A stretch of 64,000 bases of DNA from Treponemataceae bacterium (GTDB lineage Bacteria > Spirochaetota > Spirochaetia > Treponematales > Rectinemataceae), in contig CAXXVZ010000003.1 in assembly GCA_963678065.2 (NCBI GenBank), forward strand, positions 2,208,001-2,272,000. Direction: 5' to 3'. Positions 28,787-36,977 of this stretch are shown here, in pieces; position 1 is the first letter of the stretch, and every line of letters starts with the position of its first letter. A program made the translations under genes and the position numbers. The notes beneath the pieces are model-generated. The model did not search any database, was not told the origin of the DNA, and worked only from the letters and a program-made list of their open reading frames with translations.

Positions 28787-28820
28787 GAGTAGCCACGCCG
28801 ACGGGCTCGGCTACTCTCAG
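28783..28820. terminator. Hairpin between the convergent CDF and truA genes (possible bidirectional terminator)
   Basis: 12-bp arms CTGAGAGTAGCC / GGCTACTCTCAG, each containing one gene's stop codon; no strong U-tract. Confidence 0.5.
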
Positions 28821-29557
28821 TATTTCACGCCGACGAGGCTGAGTCCGAAGGCTCCCGCCATCGCGGGCGCCTGGGCGCGCGTCCCCGATTCCAGGAGTTC
28901 CGCGAGGGCCTTCAGGCTCAGTTTTCCCTTTCCCACGGCCACGAGAGTTCCGGCCATTATCCTGACCTGATTGTACAGAAATCCCGGCGCGCTGAAGTAC
29001 AGGTCGACGAAGTCGCCGGAGCTGACGATGCGCGCGCTGTCTATGCGCGCACGGGTGGCCGTCGACTTGGGCGCGTTCGTGAATGCCCGGAAGTCATGTT
29101 CCCCCTCGAAAAGCCGCGCCGCCGCGGTCACAGCCTCGCGGTCGAAGGGCTCGTCGACATGGAGACTCGTCGCCCGGGCCGCAGGATCGGCAGAGCTCGC
29201 GATGTGGAGCCGGTAGCGGTAGGTCTTGGATTTGGCGCGGTAGCGGGCGTGGAAGCGGGGATCGACTTCCCTGCAGGCCAGGCAGGAGATGTCGGCGGGA
29301 AGCTTGGCGCACAGCGCCGCGACAAGCTCGGAGCAAGAGAGAGGAGTCCGGGAATGGAAGCCGGCGGCCTGGCCTTCCGCGTGGACACCTGAGTCCGTGC
29401 GTCCGGCCCCGACAACCTCGACCTTCTCGCCCAGAATCAAGGAAAGCGCCGTCTCGACTTCTTTCTGGACCGTCCTTTCGGGATCGGGCAACCGTTGCCA
29501 GCCGGAAAAGCCTGAGCCGTCGTAGGCGAGAGTGAGGAGGAAATTCCTTCGGGGCAT
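28817..29557 (-). CDS. truA: tRNA pseudouridine(38-40) synthase TruA
   Basis: AYDGSGFSGWQ, GAGRTDSGVHA (catalytic Asp), FHARY, GEHDF, FLYNQVR; AAGGAG RBS. Confidence 0.95.
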   Translation of the reverse strand: MPRRNFLLTLAYDGSGFSGWQRLPDPERTVQKEVETALSLILGEKVEVVGAGRTDSGVHAEGQAAGFHSRTPLSCSELVAALCAKLPADISCLACREVDPRFHARYRAKSKTYRYRLHIASSADPAARATSLHVDEPFDREAVTAAARLFEGEHDFRAFTNAPKSTATRARIDSARIVSSGDFVDLYFSAPGFLYNQVRIMAGTLVAVGKGKLSLKALAELLESGTRAQAPAMAGAFGLSLVGVKY

Positions 29558-29588
29558 GCGGACTCCTTTACGGGGCCTTCTGTCGATT

Positions 29589-29606
29589 CCGTAACATGCG
29601 TTACAG
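29589..29606. promoter_or_regulatory. Palindromic site ccGTAAC-atgc-GTTACag, candidate Crp/Fnr-family (HcpR-type) box
   Basis: GTAAC-N4-GTTAC inverted repeat about 45 bp upstream of the DUF438 relic start. Confidence 0.5.
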
Positions 29607-29651
29607 CCTCTTTCATCCTTCCGGAGCAGCTTGCAGGGGAAGGAGATCAGG

Positions 29652-29840
29652 ATGAGCGAAATCTTACCATAGATCCCGAAAGACAACTGAGACTCAAGGA
29701 AATAATCGCAGGGCTCCATGCCGGAGAAAAGCCGGCCGCCCGGATCAGAACCCTCTCACGGCTTCACCGGCCCCACGAGGGTCATGTGGGGCAAACACGA
29801 CGAGATCAGGATGCTGCTGAAGGAAGCGAGAGAAGAGCCA
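29652..29840 (+). pseudogene. Collapsed remnant of a DUF438/hemerythrin/PAS protein gene
   Basis: AAGGAG RBS and ATG, a frameshift after MSE, then 'NLTIDPERQLRLKEIIAGLHAGEKP' (DUF438 N-terminus) joined out of frame to 'HGFTGPTRVMWGKHDEIR' (hemerythrin-domain motif of the same family). Confidence 0.75.
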
Positions 29841-29870
29841 GGACGCGATGGAGTTGCGGGCCCTCCAGGG

Positions 29871-31643
29871 TCAGCGCCGTCTTCTCGACTGGGATTGAAC
29901 TCGGTCTGATGTCCCGGGCCGGGAACCCGACCCCGGCATGGAGGGGCTTCCCGGACGCGGGGCCTTCGGGGTTTTCATGGCGTTCACGATCCTGGTGGCG
30001 GTCGCAGCCTTCCGCCGCCGCAGCTCGGGCCCTTCGGGACCGGGCCCCAGGCTGAGGGCGGTCCGGTCGGGCGGAAATTCTGCAACGAAGCGCGCCAGAT
30101 CGAGGCTGGCCGGACCGAGGATGAGGTCGGGATCGTAGTTCAGAACAAGATCCGTGCTTCCTCCCTCTGCGAGAGCCCTGGCCCAGGCCCCGTTGAGCCG
30201 GACCAGATCCGTCATGGCGGGCAAAAGCCTTCCCTTTCCTCTCGACATGAAAAGTCCGGACAGGAAGTCGACCTGGGAATCCTCGATCTCTGCCGGTTTA
30301 AGGAATTCGACAGGACGCCGGCCGAGGCCCTTCAGTAAATCGGCGAAGTCCCCGAGAAGAGCCGATGGGCGCATGCCGAGAGCTGCGCAGGCCTGGCCGA
30401 ACCAGGGCACGGCGCGCCCCCGCGAGTAGAAGACAGAGCAAGCCCTCGCCAGCTCCGCGGCTCGCTCCATGTCGGAGCGGGAAAAATCCGGGGTCGAGAG
30501 GACGAGGTGCGGAGCCTCCGGACTCAGGGCGAGGTCGTACTCCCCGGCCCTGTCGGCGAGTTCCGTGCCGGGCAGAATCGCGAGCGGAAAGATGTCCAGA
30601 TGATTGGGTCCGAGGGAAAGGGCAAAATCGAGACTCTCACAGAATCCTTCGAGCCTGTCTCCGGGAAGGCCGTATATGAGGTCGAGTCCGAAGGGCACGC
30701 CGGCCGCGTCGAGCATGGAGAGCCTTCGCCTGAAGTCTTTCCGGTCGATGGAGCGGTTCACCCTCGCGAGGACCTCGGGGCGGACGCTCTGAAGTCCGAT
30801 CTGCACGGAGCAGTCGAGCTGGCCGAAAAGCTTCGCCTCTTCGCGGTCGATGAGCTCTGCCCGCAGTTCGAACTTCCAGTGCATATCGGGAGCCTTCGCG
30901 CGAAAGAGGCGCAGGAGCTCCACGGTTCTGGACTTCGAGATGTTGAAGGTGGGGTCGAGAACGAAAATCTGGCTGACGCCCGAGCGGACGAAAAGTTCGA
31001 GCTCGGCCTCGAGTCGCGCCGCAGGGAAGTGCCGGACTCCCTTCTCGCCTTTTCCCTCGAAACAGTACGCGCATGTGAAGGGGCATCCCCGGGATAGCTC
31101 CCAGAGAACTCCTCCGTCGTAGGCGCGCGGGTTGAGGGCCCCCGAAAGCCAGGGTGAAATCAGGGATTCAACGCCGTGAGGACCGCCGTCAGCGCGCGGT
31201 CCTCCTTTCAGAATCCGGGCCGGCATTCCATCGCCGGAAAGGAGCGTGAAGACGGCATCCGCGACAACGGATTCGCCTTCACCCGCGACGATGAAGTCGA
31301 ATATTTCCGCCGACGCAAGGTTCTCCGCGTCGGCGGTCGCCTCGGGGCCTCCCGCAAAGAGGACGAGAGTGGGTTTCCGCTTGCGCAGGATGGCACAAAC
31401 CTCTGCAACCTTCCTTCTGTTCCAGGAAAAGAGCGAAAATCCGACAAAATCGACGGCCTTCCCCAGCAGGGCCAAAGCGAAATCCTCCGCATCGACCGCA
31501 ACCTCGTCCTCCACGATGAAAGATTTGAGCGAGCCTGAGAGCCGGGGATCGGACCGCAGACAGGCGAGAACGCATCCAGCTCCGAGCGGCAGGGTTTCGG
31601 GCGAGCGTTCGACATGGAGAACGGCCAGGGCGAGGGACTTCAT
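29871..31643 (-). CDS. Cobalamin-binding radical SAM protein
   Basis: B12-binding domain (VGFSLFSWN, GGPEAT, GEGE), SRGCPFTCAYC, DPTFN, DLIYGLPGD, LPGTEL. Confidence 0.9.
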   Translation of the reverse strand: MKSLALAVLHVERSPETLPLGAGCVLACLRSDPRLSGSLKSFIVEDEVAVDAEDFALALLGKAVDFVGFSLFSWNRRKVAEVCAILRKRKPTLVLFAGGPEATADAENLASAEIFDFIVAGEGESVVADAVFTLLSGDGMPARILKGGPRADGGPHGVESLISPWLSGALNPRAYDGGVLWELSRGCPFTCAYCFEGKGEKGVRHFPAARLEAELELFVRSGVSQIFVLDPTFNISKSRTVELLRLFRAKAPDMHWKFELRAELIDREEAKLFGQLDCSVQIGLQSVRPEVLARVNRSIDRKDFRRRLSMLDAAGVPFGLDLIYGLPGDRLEGFCESLDFALSLGPNHLDIFPLAILPGTELADRAGEYDLALSPEAPHLVLSTPDFSRSDMERAAELARACSVFYSRGRAVPWFGQACAALGMRPSALLGDFADLLKGLGRRPVEFLKPAEIEDSQVDFLSGLFMSRGKGRLLPAMTDLVRLNGAWARALAEGGSTDLVLNYDPDLILGPASLDLARFVAEFPPDRTALSLGPGPEGPELRRRKAATATRIVNAMKTPKAPRPGSPSMPGSGSRPGTSDRVQSQSRRRR

Positions 31644-31755
31644 GGACCGATGATGCCCCGCACGGGCCCTGGCATACAAGCCTCGGGAGGCCCGTCGTCC
31701 TTCCCGGAGGGGCATGTTGTCGCAGTCTCCCGCCAGGGACAGCGGTTTCGGCCAC

Positions 31756-31812
31756 TTGCGTCCCTGGATAAAATTCGATAGAGTATCGCTTAATGTGTTA
31801 ATAACGCATTAA
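31756..31812 (+). promoter_or_regulatory. pgmB promoter and operator 1 (TTAATGTGTTA-A-TAACGCATTAA)
   Basis: TTGCGT-17-TAGAGT (31756-31784); 23-bp imperfect palindrome at 31790-31812 sharing its core with the site at 32614. Confidence 0.75.
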
Positions 31813-31888
31813 GCCTGCGACAGCAGCCGCGATGGCAGATCAGCAATGGCTCCTCCATGGCTGTCTCCTGAAAGAAGAGGACGGAAAA

Positions 31889-32533
31889 ATGAGCGTTACG
31901 ATCGAAGGCTACATTTTCGATCTCGATGGCGTCGTCGTCGATACTGCGAAGTATCACTTCCTGGCCTGGAAAAAACTCGCAAACTCGCTCGGCTTCGACC
32001 TCGCCGAGGCCTTCAACGAAGGGCTCAAGGGTGTCTCGAGGATGGCGGCGCTCGACCTCGTCCTCTCCATCGGCGGAATCGCGGCGGACTCCGGCGAAAG
32101 ACAGGCCTATGCAGATGCGAAAAACGGGTATTATCTCGAGTATATCTCGGCCATGAGCCGCGACGAGATCCTCCCCGGGGTGATCGAAATCCTCGAGGAC
32201 ATCAAAGAGCGCGGATGCAAAAGCGCGATTGCGAGCGCAAGCAAGAACGCGCCACTGATTCTGGAATCCGTCGGGATCCGGACTCTCTTCGATGTTGTCG
32301 TCGACGGGAACCGCGCGTCGCGGGCCAAGCCCGATCCGGAAGTTTTCCTTCTTGCTGCCGGCGACCTGGGAGCCGATCCTGGCCGCTGTGTAGTTTTCGA
32401 AGACGCCGTCGCAGGTCTCGAGGGGGCAGCCCGCGCGGGTATGTACTGTGTCGGTGTCGGGAATCCGAGAGTTCTGACCGGGGCCGACCTTGTCATCCCG
32501 GACTTTGCGGGTTTCTCTTTGAGGCGGATATAG
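31889..32533 (+). CDS. pgmB: Beta-phosphoglucomutase (HAD family)
   Basis: IFDLDGVVVDTAKYHFLAWK, NEGLKGVSR, ASASKNA, KPDPEVF, VFEDA. Confidence 0.93.
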   Translation: MSVTIEGYIFDLDGVVVDTAKYHFLAWKKLANSLGFDLAEAFNEGLKGVSRMAALDLVLSIGGIAADSGERQAYADAKNGYYLEYISAMSRDEILPGVIEILEDIKERGCKSAIASASKNAPLILESVGIRTLFDVVVDGNRASRAKPDPEVFLLAAGDLGADPGRCVVFEDAVAGLEGAARAGMYCVGVGNPRVLTGADLVIPDFAGFSLRRI

Positions 32534-32577
32534 GGCGGAGCGAAAAAAGGCACTGCGCGAATTCGAAAAAATCGCAC

Positions 32578-32640
32578 TTGCGGGCTTTGGAAAGCAGTGG
32601 TATGATTGCTTTAGTATCACGTGTTAGTAACACATGATAC
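32578..32640 (+). promoter_or_regulatory. ABC operon promoter and operator 2 (GTATCACGTGTTA-G-TAACACATGATAC)
   Basis: TTGCGG-17-TATGAT (32578-32606); 27-bp near-perfect palindrome at 32614-32640. Confidence 0.78.
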
Positions 32641-32664
32641 AGCATTCTTTCTATGGAGGTCACT

Positions 32665-33948
32665 GTGAAAAAACTCACGCTCGTGGCGATCGCAGCGCTC
32701 CTTTTCGCCCTCTGCGCCATGCCACTCATCGCTCAGACCAAGGCTACGGTCAAGGTTCTTGGAGTCTGGGGAGGCCAGGAACTCGATGTCTTCAACGAGG
32801 CGGTCAAGCCCTTCACCGAGCGAACCGGGATCAAGGTCGATTTCGAGGGAAGCCGCGACATCGACGCCATCCTCACGGCGCGCATCCAGGGTGGCAACTC
32901 GCCCGACATCGCTCTCCTGACGGGCCCCGGCAAGATGATCGAGCTCGCCCAAGCCAAGAAGCTCGTGGACCTGACTCAGGTTCTGGACATGAAGGCCTAC
33001 GCCAAAAACTACAACGCTGGCTGGAAAGACCTGGGCTCTGTGGACGGCAAGCTCTACGGCCTGTTCCTGAAAGCCGCGGTCAAGGGCCTCATCTGGTACA
33101 ACCCCAAGACCCTGAAGGCGATGGGCATCGCCGAACTCCCGAAGACCTGGGACGATCTCCTCGCCCTGTCCAGGAAAATTGCGGCCTCCGGCACTGCTCC
33201 CTGGTCCCTGGGCATCGAGTCCGGCGGGGCGAGCGGCTGGGCGGGAACCGACTGGCTCGAGGATATCTTCCTCCGCATGTACGGCCCCCAGCTCTACCAG
33301 GACTGGTACAATGGCAAGGTCTCGTGGACGAGCCCCGAGATGAAGAAGGTCTGGCAGGAGTGGGGCAAGATCGTCGCCGACCCGGCCATGGCCTACGGAG
33401 GCAAGGAGTACATCAACTCCACCAACTTCGGCGCCGCGGGCAATCCCCTCTTCGCCAATCCCCCAAAAGCTGTCTTCCACCACCAGGCCAGCTTCATCAC
33501 CGGCTTCTTCGTCGATCAGAACCCCGGCGTGAAGGCGGGCGCGGACTTCGACTTCTTCGGATTCCCCGCCATCGACGCCCAGTACGCCAAAGCCGTCGAG
33601 GGCGCGGGCGATATCTGCGTCGTGCTCAAGAACAACGCCCAGACAAAGGCCTTCATGGAATACATGGCCTCCGCCGAGTTCCAGTCCTACTGGGCGGCCG
33701 GCACAGGCGCGCTCGCGACCAACAGGAATGTCTCCCTCACCTTCTACCCCGATCCCCTCATCAAGCGGGCCGCCGACATCCTGAACAAGGCCGAGATCGT
33801 CGTATTCGACGCCTCCGACATGATGAAGCCCGAGATGAACGCCGCGTTCTGGACCGCGATCGTCTCCTACGTGGACAACCCCGCCAATCTGGACGGGATT
33901 CTTGTCGGCCTGGAGAAAGTGCGCAAGGACGTGTATAAGGTCAAGTGA
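32665..33948 (+). CDS. Carbohydrate ABC transporter substrate-binding protein (alpha-glucoside AglE-like)
   Basis: GTG after GGAGG, signal peptide, VKGLIWYN, GIESGGASGWAGTDWLED, HHQASFI, FDASDMM. Confidence 0.9.
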   Translation: MKKLTLVAIAALLFALCAMPLIAQTKATVKVLGVWGGQELDVFNEAVKPFTERTGIKVDFEGSRDIDAILTARIQGGNSPDIALLTGPGKMIELAQAKKLVDLTQVLDMKAYAKNYNAGWKDLGSVDGKLYGLFLKAAVKGLIWYNPKTLKAMGIAELPKTWDDLLALSRKIAASGTAPWSLGIESGGASGWAGTDWLEDIFLRMYGPQLYQDWYNGKVSWTSPEMKKVWQEWGKIVADPAMAYGGKEYINSTNFGAAGNPLFANPPKAVFHHQASFITGFFVDQNPGVKAGADFDFFGFPAIDAQYAKAVEGAGDICVVLKNNAQTKAFMEYMASAEFQSYWAAGTGALATNRNVSLTFYPDPLIKRAADILNKAEIVVFDASDMMKPEMNAAFWTAIVSYVDNPANLDGILVGLEKVRKDVYKVK

Positions 33949-33954
33949 AGGTTG

Positions 33955-33981
33955 CAGCCCCGGTCCTCGCGGCCGGGGCTG
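33955..33981 (+). other. Intercistronic GC stem-loop after the binding-protein gene
   Basis: CAGCCCCGG / CCGGGGCTG arms; typical mRNA-stabilising or attenuating hairpin of ABC operons. Confidence 0.55.
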
Positions 33982-34019
33982 ACATTCCGCCCCGTCCATC
34001 CCGTCGACAAGGTGCCACG

Positions 34020-35036
34020 ATGAGCGTTCTACTTACGCTGGTGATAGCCGTGATCGGCATCCCGGCCGCGTTGATCTCGTATATTTATCTGAGCGAAGCC
34101 ATCGTCTCGATCGGAGGGTTGCGCCCTGCGGCAGGAAGCCCCGGCGGCCGGCCTTTCGCGGCGCGTTTGCCCGAGAGGCTCCGCCACTGGCTCTGGATCT
34201 TCCCCGCAGCCGTCCTTCTCGCGGTATTCCTCGCCTACCCCGTGGTGAACACCATCGCGATGAGCCTGCGGGGCAAGGATTCCAGCGAATTCGTCGGACT
34301 CGCGAATTACGCGAAAATATTCACCGATTCCGGGATGCTCATCGTGCTCCGGAACAACCTCCTGTGGCTCGTTCTCTTCACCGGAGGCACCCTCGTCTTC
34401 GGTCTCATAATCGCACTTCTGACCGACAGGGTGCGCTACGAAGCGGCTGCAAAGGCGCTGATCTTCGTCCCCATGGCCATCTCGTTCGTCGCGGCGGGGA
34501 TAATATGGAGCCTGGTTTTCGCCTACATGCCGGCAGGCGAGAAGCAGATCGGGATCGTCAACGCCATCATGACGGGGATCGACCCGGGCGCGCGGCCCCA
34601 GGCCTGGGTGAGCAACCGCGCGACGAACAACTACGTCCTCATCGCGGTGGGCGTGTGGATGTGGACCGGATTCTCCATGGTGATCCTGTCCGCCGGGCTC
34701 AAGTCGATATCCAATGAGCTGATCGAGGCGGCCCGCGTCGACGGGGCGACGGAGTGGCAGGTCCTGTTCCGGATAACGCTTCCGCTCCTCCTTCCGACGA
34801 TCGGAGTCGTGACGGTGACATTGATCATGAACGTGCTCAAGATCTTCGATGTCGTGTACGTCATGACCAACGGCAATCTGGGGACAGAGGTCATCGCGAA
34901 CCGGATGTACAAGGAGATGTTCAACTATCACGACTTCGGCACGGCCAGCGCCCTCGCGGTGGTGCTGATGCTCGCGATGATCCCATTCATGGTTGTCCGC
35001 GTGAGGGACTACAACAAGGGGAGAAAAAATGGCTAG
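34020..35036 (+). CDS. Carbohydrate ABC transporter permease
   Basis: FVGLANY, PMAIS, EAA loop 'EAARVDGA', LKIFD. Confidence 0.93.
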   Translation: MSVLLTLVIAVIGIPAALISYIYLSEAIVSIGGLRPAAGSPGGRPFAARLPERLRHWLWIFPAAVLLAVFLAYPVVNTIAMSLRGKDSSEFVGLANYAKIFTDSGMLIVLRNNLLWLVLFTGGTLVFGLIIALLTDRVRYEAAAKALIFVPMAISFVAAGIIWSLVFAYMPAGEKQIGIVNAIMTGIDPGARPQAWVSNRATNNYVLIAVGVWMWTGFSMVILSAGLKSISNELIEAARVDGATEWQVLFRITLPLLLPTIGVVTVTLIMNVLKIFDVVYVMTNGNLGTEVIANRMYKEMFNYHDFGTASALAVVLMLAMIPFMVVRVRDYNKGRKNG

Positions 35037-35895
35037 ATTCGGTTCGGTCTCGAGTCGCGCCAGGGCCGGTGCACGACTTATTCTCCACCTCTCGCTCATC
35101 GTCATCTGTCTCGCCTGGCTTGCGCCGACCCTGGGCCTCCTTGTCAGCTCTTTCAGGCCCAAGAGCCTCATCAGCACGAGCGGCTGGTGGGAAGCATTCA
35201 CCCCACCCTTTAAATTCACGCTCGAAAACTATGCAAAAGTTCTGGGCCAGCAGAATATCGGACGCAGCTTCCTGAACAGCCTTATCATCGCCGTACCCTC
35301 GACGGTTCTCCCGATCAGCATCGCGGCTTTCGCCGCCTACGCCTTCGCGTGGATGCGCTTCAAGTCGAAGGAGCTGCTCTACTCCGCTGTCATCGTGATG
35401 CTCGTCGTCCCGATCCAGGTGACGCTGATCCCTGTCCTCAGGATATTCACGGGCCTCGGCATCAACGGGAGCTTCGCGGGAATCTGGCTGGCGCACACGG
35501 CTTTCGGCCTGCCTTTCTCGATCTTTCTTCTGCGCAATTCTTTCGAACAGATTCCTCCGAGCATGCTCGAGTCCGCCTTCATGGACGGTGCCAGTCATCC
35601 CGTGGTATTTCTCCGCCTCGTCCTGCCGACGACGATCCCGGGCATCGCCTCGCTGGCCATCTTCCAGTTCATGTGGGTCTGGAACGATCTCCTCGTCGCG
35701 ATGGTCTTCCTGGGGGGGACGGCCGACGTCGCCCCGCTCACGGTGCGCATCGCGAATCTCGTCAACTCCTACGGGCAAGGATGGCAGATTCTGACCTCGG
35801 CCGCCTTCATCTCGATGCTGCTGCCCCTCGTCGTGTTCTTCTCGTTGCAGAAGTACTATATCCGTGGTATAACCGCCGGGTCGGTGAAAGAATAG
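35029..35895 (+). CDS. Carbohydrate ABC transporter permease
   Basis: AAYAFAW, EAA-like 'ESAFMDGA', VWNDLL, LQKYYIRG. Confidence 0.93.
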   Translation: MARFGSVSSRARAGARLILHLSLIVICLAWLAPTLGLLVSSFRPKSLISTSGWWEAFTPPFKFTLENYAKVLGQQNIGRSFLNSLIIAVPSTVLPISIAAFAAYAFAWMRFKSKELLYSAVIVMLVVPIQVTLIPVLRIFTGLGINGSFAGIWLAHTAFGLPFSIFLLRNSFEQIPPSMLESAFMDGASHPVVFLRLVLPTTIPGIASLAIFQFMWVWNDLLVAMVFLGGTADVAPLTVRIANLVNSYGQGWQILTSAAFISMLLPLVVFFSLQKYYIRGITAGSVKE

Positions 35896-35904
35896 GATGG
35901 CGGG

Positions 35905-36930
35905 TTGAAAAAGCGCGGTGTTTCGTCCGAGGAAGTCGCTCGCCTGGCGAAAGTCTCCAGGACGACAGTCTCCTTCGTCCTGAACAACACTCCCGGCAAG
36001 TTCATCTCCGAGGAGACCCGCACCCGGGTTTTAGAGGCTGCGAGCAGTCTGAACTATGTCCCCGACGCGGACGCGCGTCGCGTGGCCAAGACGACGCGTC
36101 GTACGGTGGGCCTCCTCATCAGCCACACCGGTTCGATCTATTCCGACGCCTACATCCTGAGGCTCCTCGAGGGGATCGGGCCGGTGCTCAACAAGCGGCG
36201 GTACCGGCTGATCCTCGTCCCCGTCAAGCGCGATTCCTGCGACCTCCTGAAGATCGTCCGCGAGTGTGAGCTCGACGGCGTCATCCTGACGAATATGCGC
36301 CAGGAAGACATGGACCTCTCCCCCCTCGTCAGCGAAGGGATACCGCTCGTGCTCGTCGGCGCCGTGCAGGACGCGTGCGTCGCGCAGATAGATATCGATA
36401 ACAGGCGCGCGGCCGCCGAGGCGACGCGTCATCTCGTCTCCCTGGGACATCGGGATATCGCCATGATCGTACACTCCAACCTCTCCTACATCGCGGCGAC
36501 TGACCGCCTTTCCGGCTACCGCGACGCGCTGTCGGAGGCGGACATCGCCTTCGACGAGAGCCGGGTGAGAATCGCGGACTTCAACGAGGAATCGGGTTAC
36601 GCCGCCATGAGGGCCCTGCTCTCCTGCTCGCCCAGGCCGAGCGCCATCTTCGCGGGCAACGATGCCGTAGCCTACGGCGCCATACAGGCGATCGCCGAGG
36701 CCGGGCTGCATATACCGCGCGACATCTCGATAGTCGGCTTCGACGACGATTATCCCTCGCGCTTCATGAACCCTCCCCTGACGAGCATGACCCTGCCCGC
36801 GATGTCCCTCGGGGAGCGGGCCGCGCGCATGGTCTCCGATATCATCGAAGGGAAAGACTTCGCCGCGGGTCTGATCCTTTTGCCGACATTCCTGACGGTC
36901 CGCGAATCCACCGCCGCGCGCCGCCCTTGA
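35905..36930 (+). CDS. LacI family transcriptional regulator
   Basis: VARLAKVSRTTVSFVLN, LNYVP, LGHRDI, IVGFDD, PPLTS; TTG start. Confidence 0.95.
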   Translation: MKKRGVSSEEVARLAKVSRTTVSFVLNNTPGKFISEETRTRVLEAASSLNYVPDADARRVAKTTRRTVGLLISHTGSIYSDAYILRLLEGIGPVLNKRRYRLILVPVKRDSCDLLKIVRECELDGVILTNMRQEDMDLSPLVSEGIPLVLVGAVQDACVAQIDIDNRRAAAEATRHLVSLGHRDIAMIVHSNLSYIAATDRLSGYRDALSEADIAFDESRVRIADFNEESGYAAMRALLSCSPRPSAIFAGNDAVAYGAIQAIAEAGLHIPRDISIVGFDDDYPSRFMNPPLTSMTLPAMSLGERAARMVSDIIEGKDFAAGLILLPTFLTVRESTAARRP

Positions 36931-36977
36931 CCCCGTCCGCGCGCAGACGCACCAGACACCGATAACGAGGATTCCTT

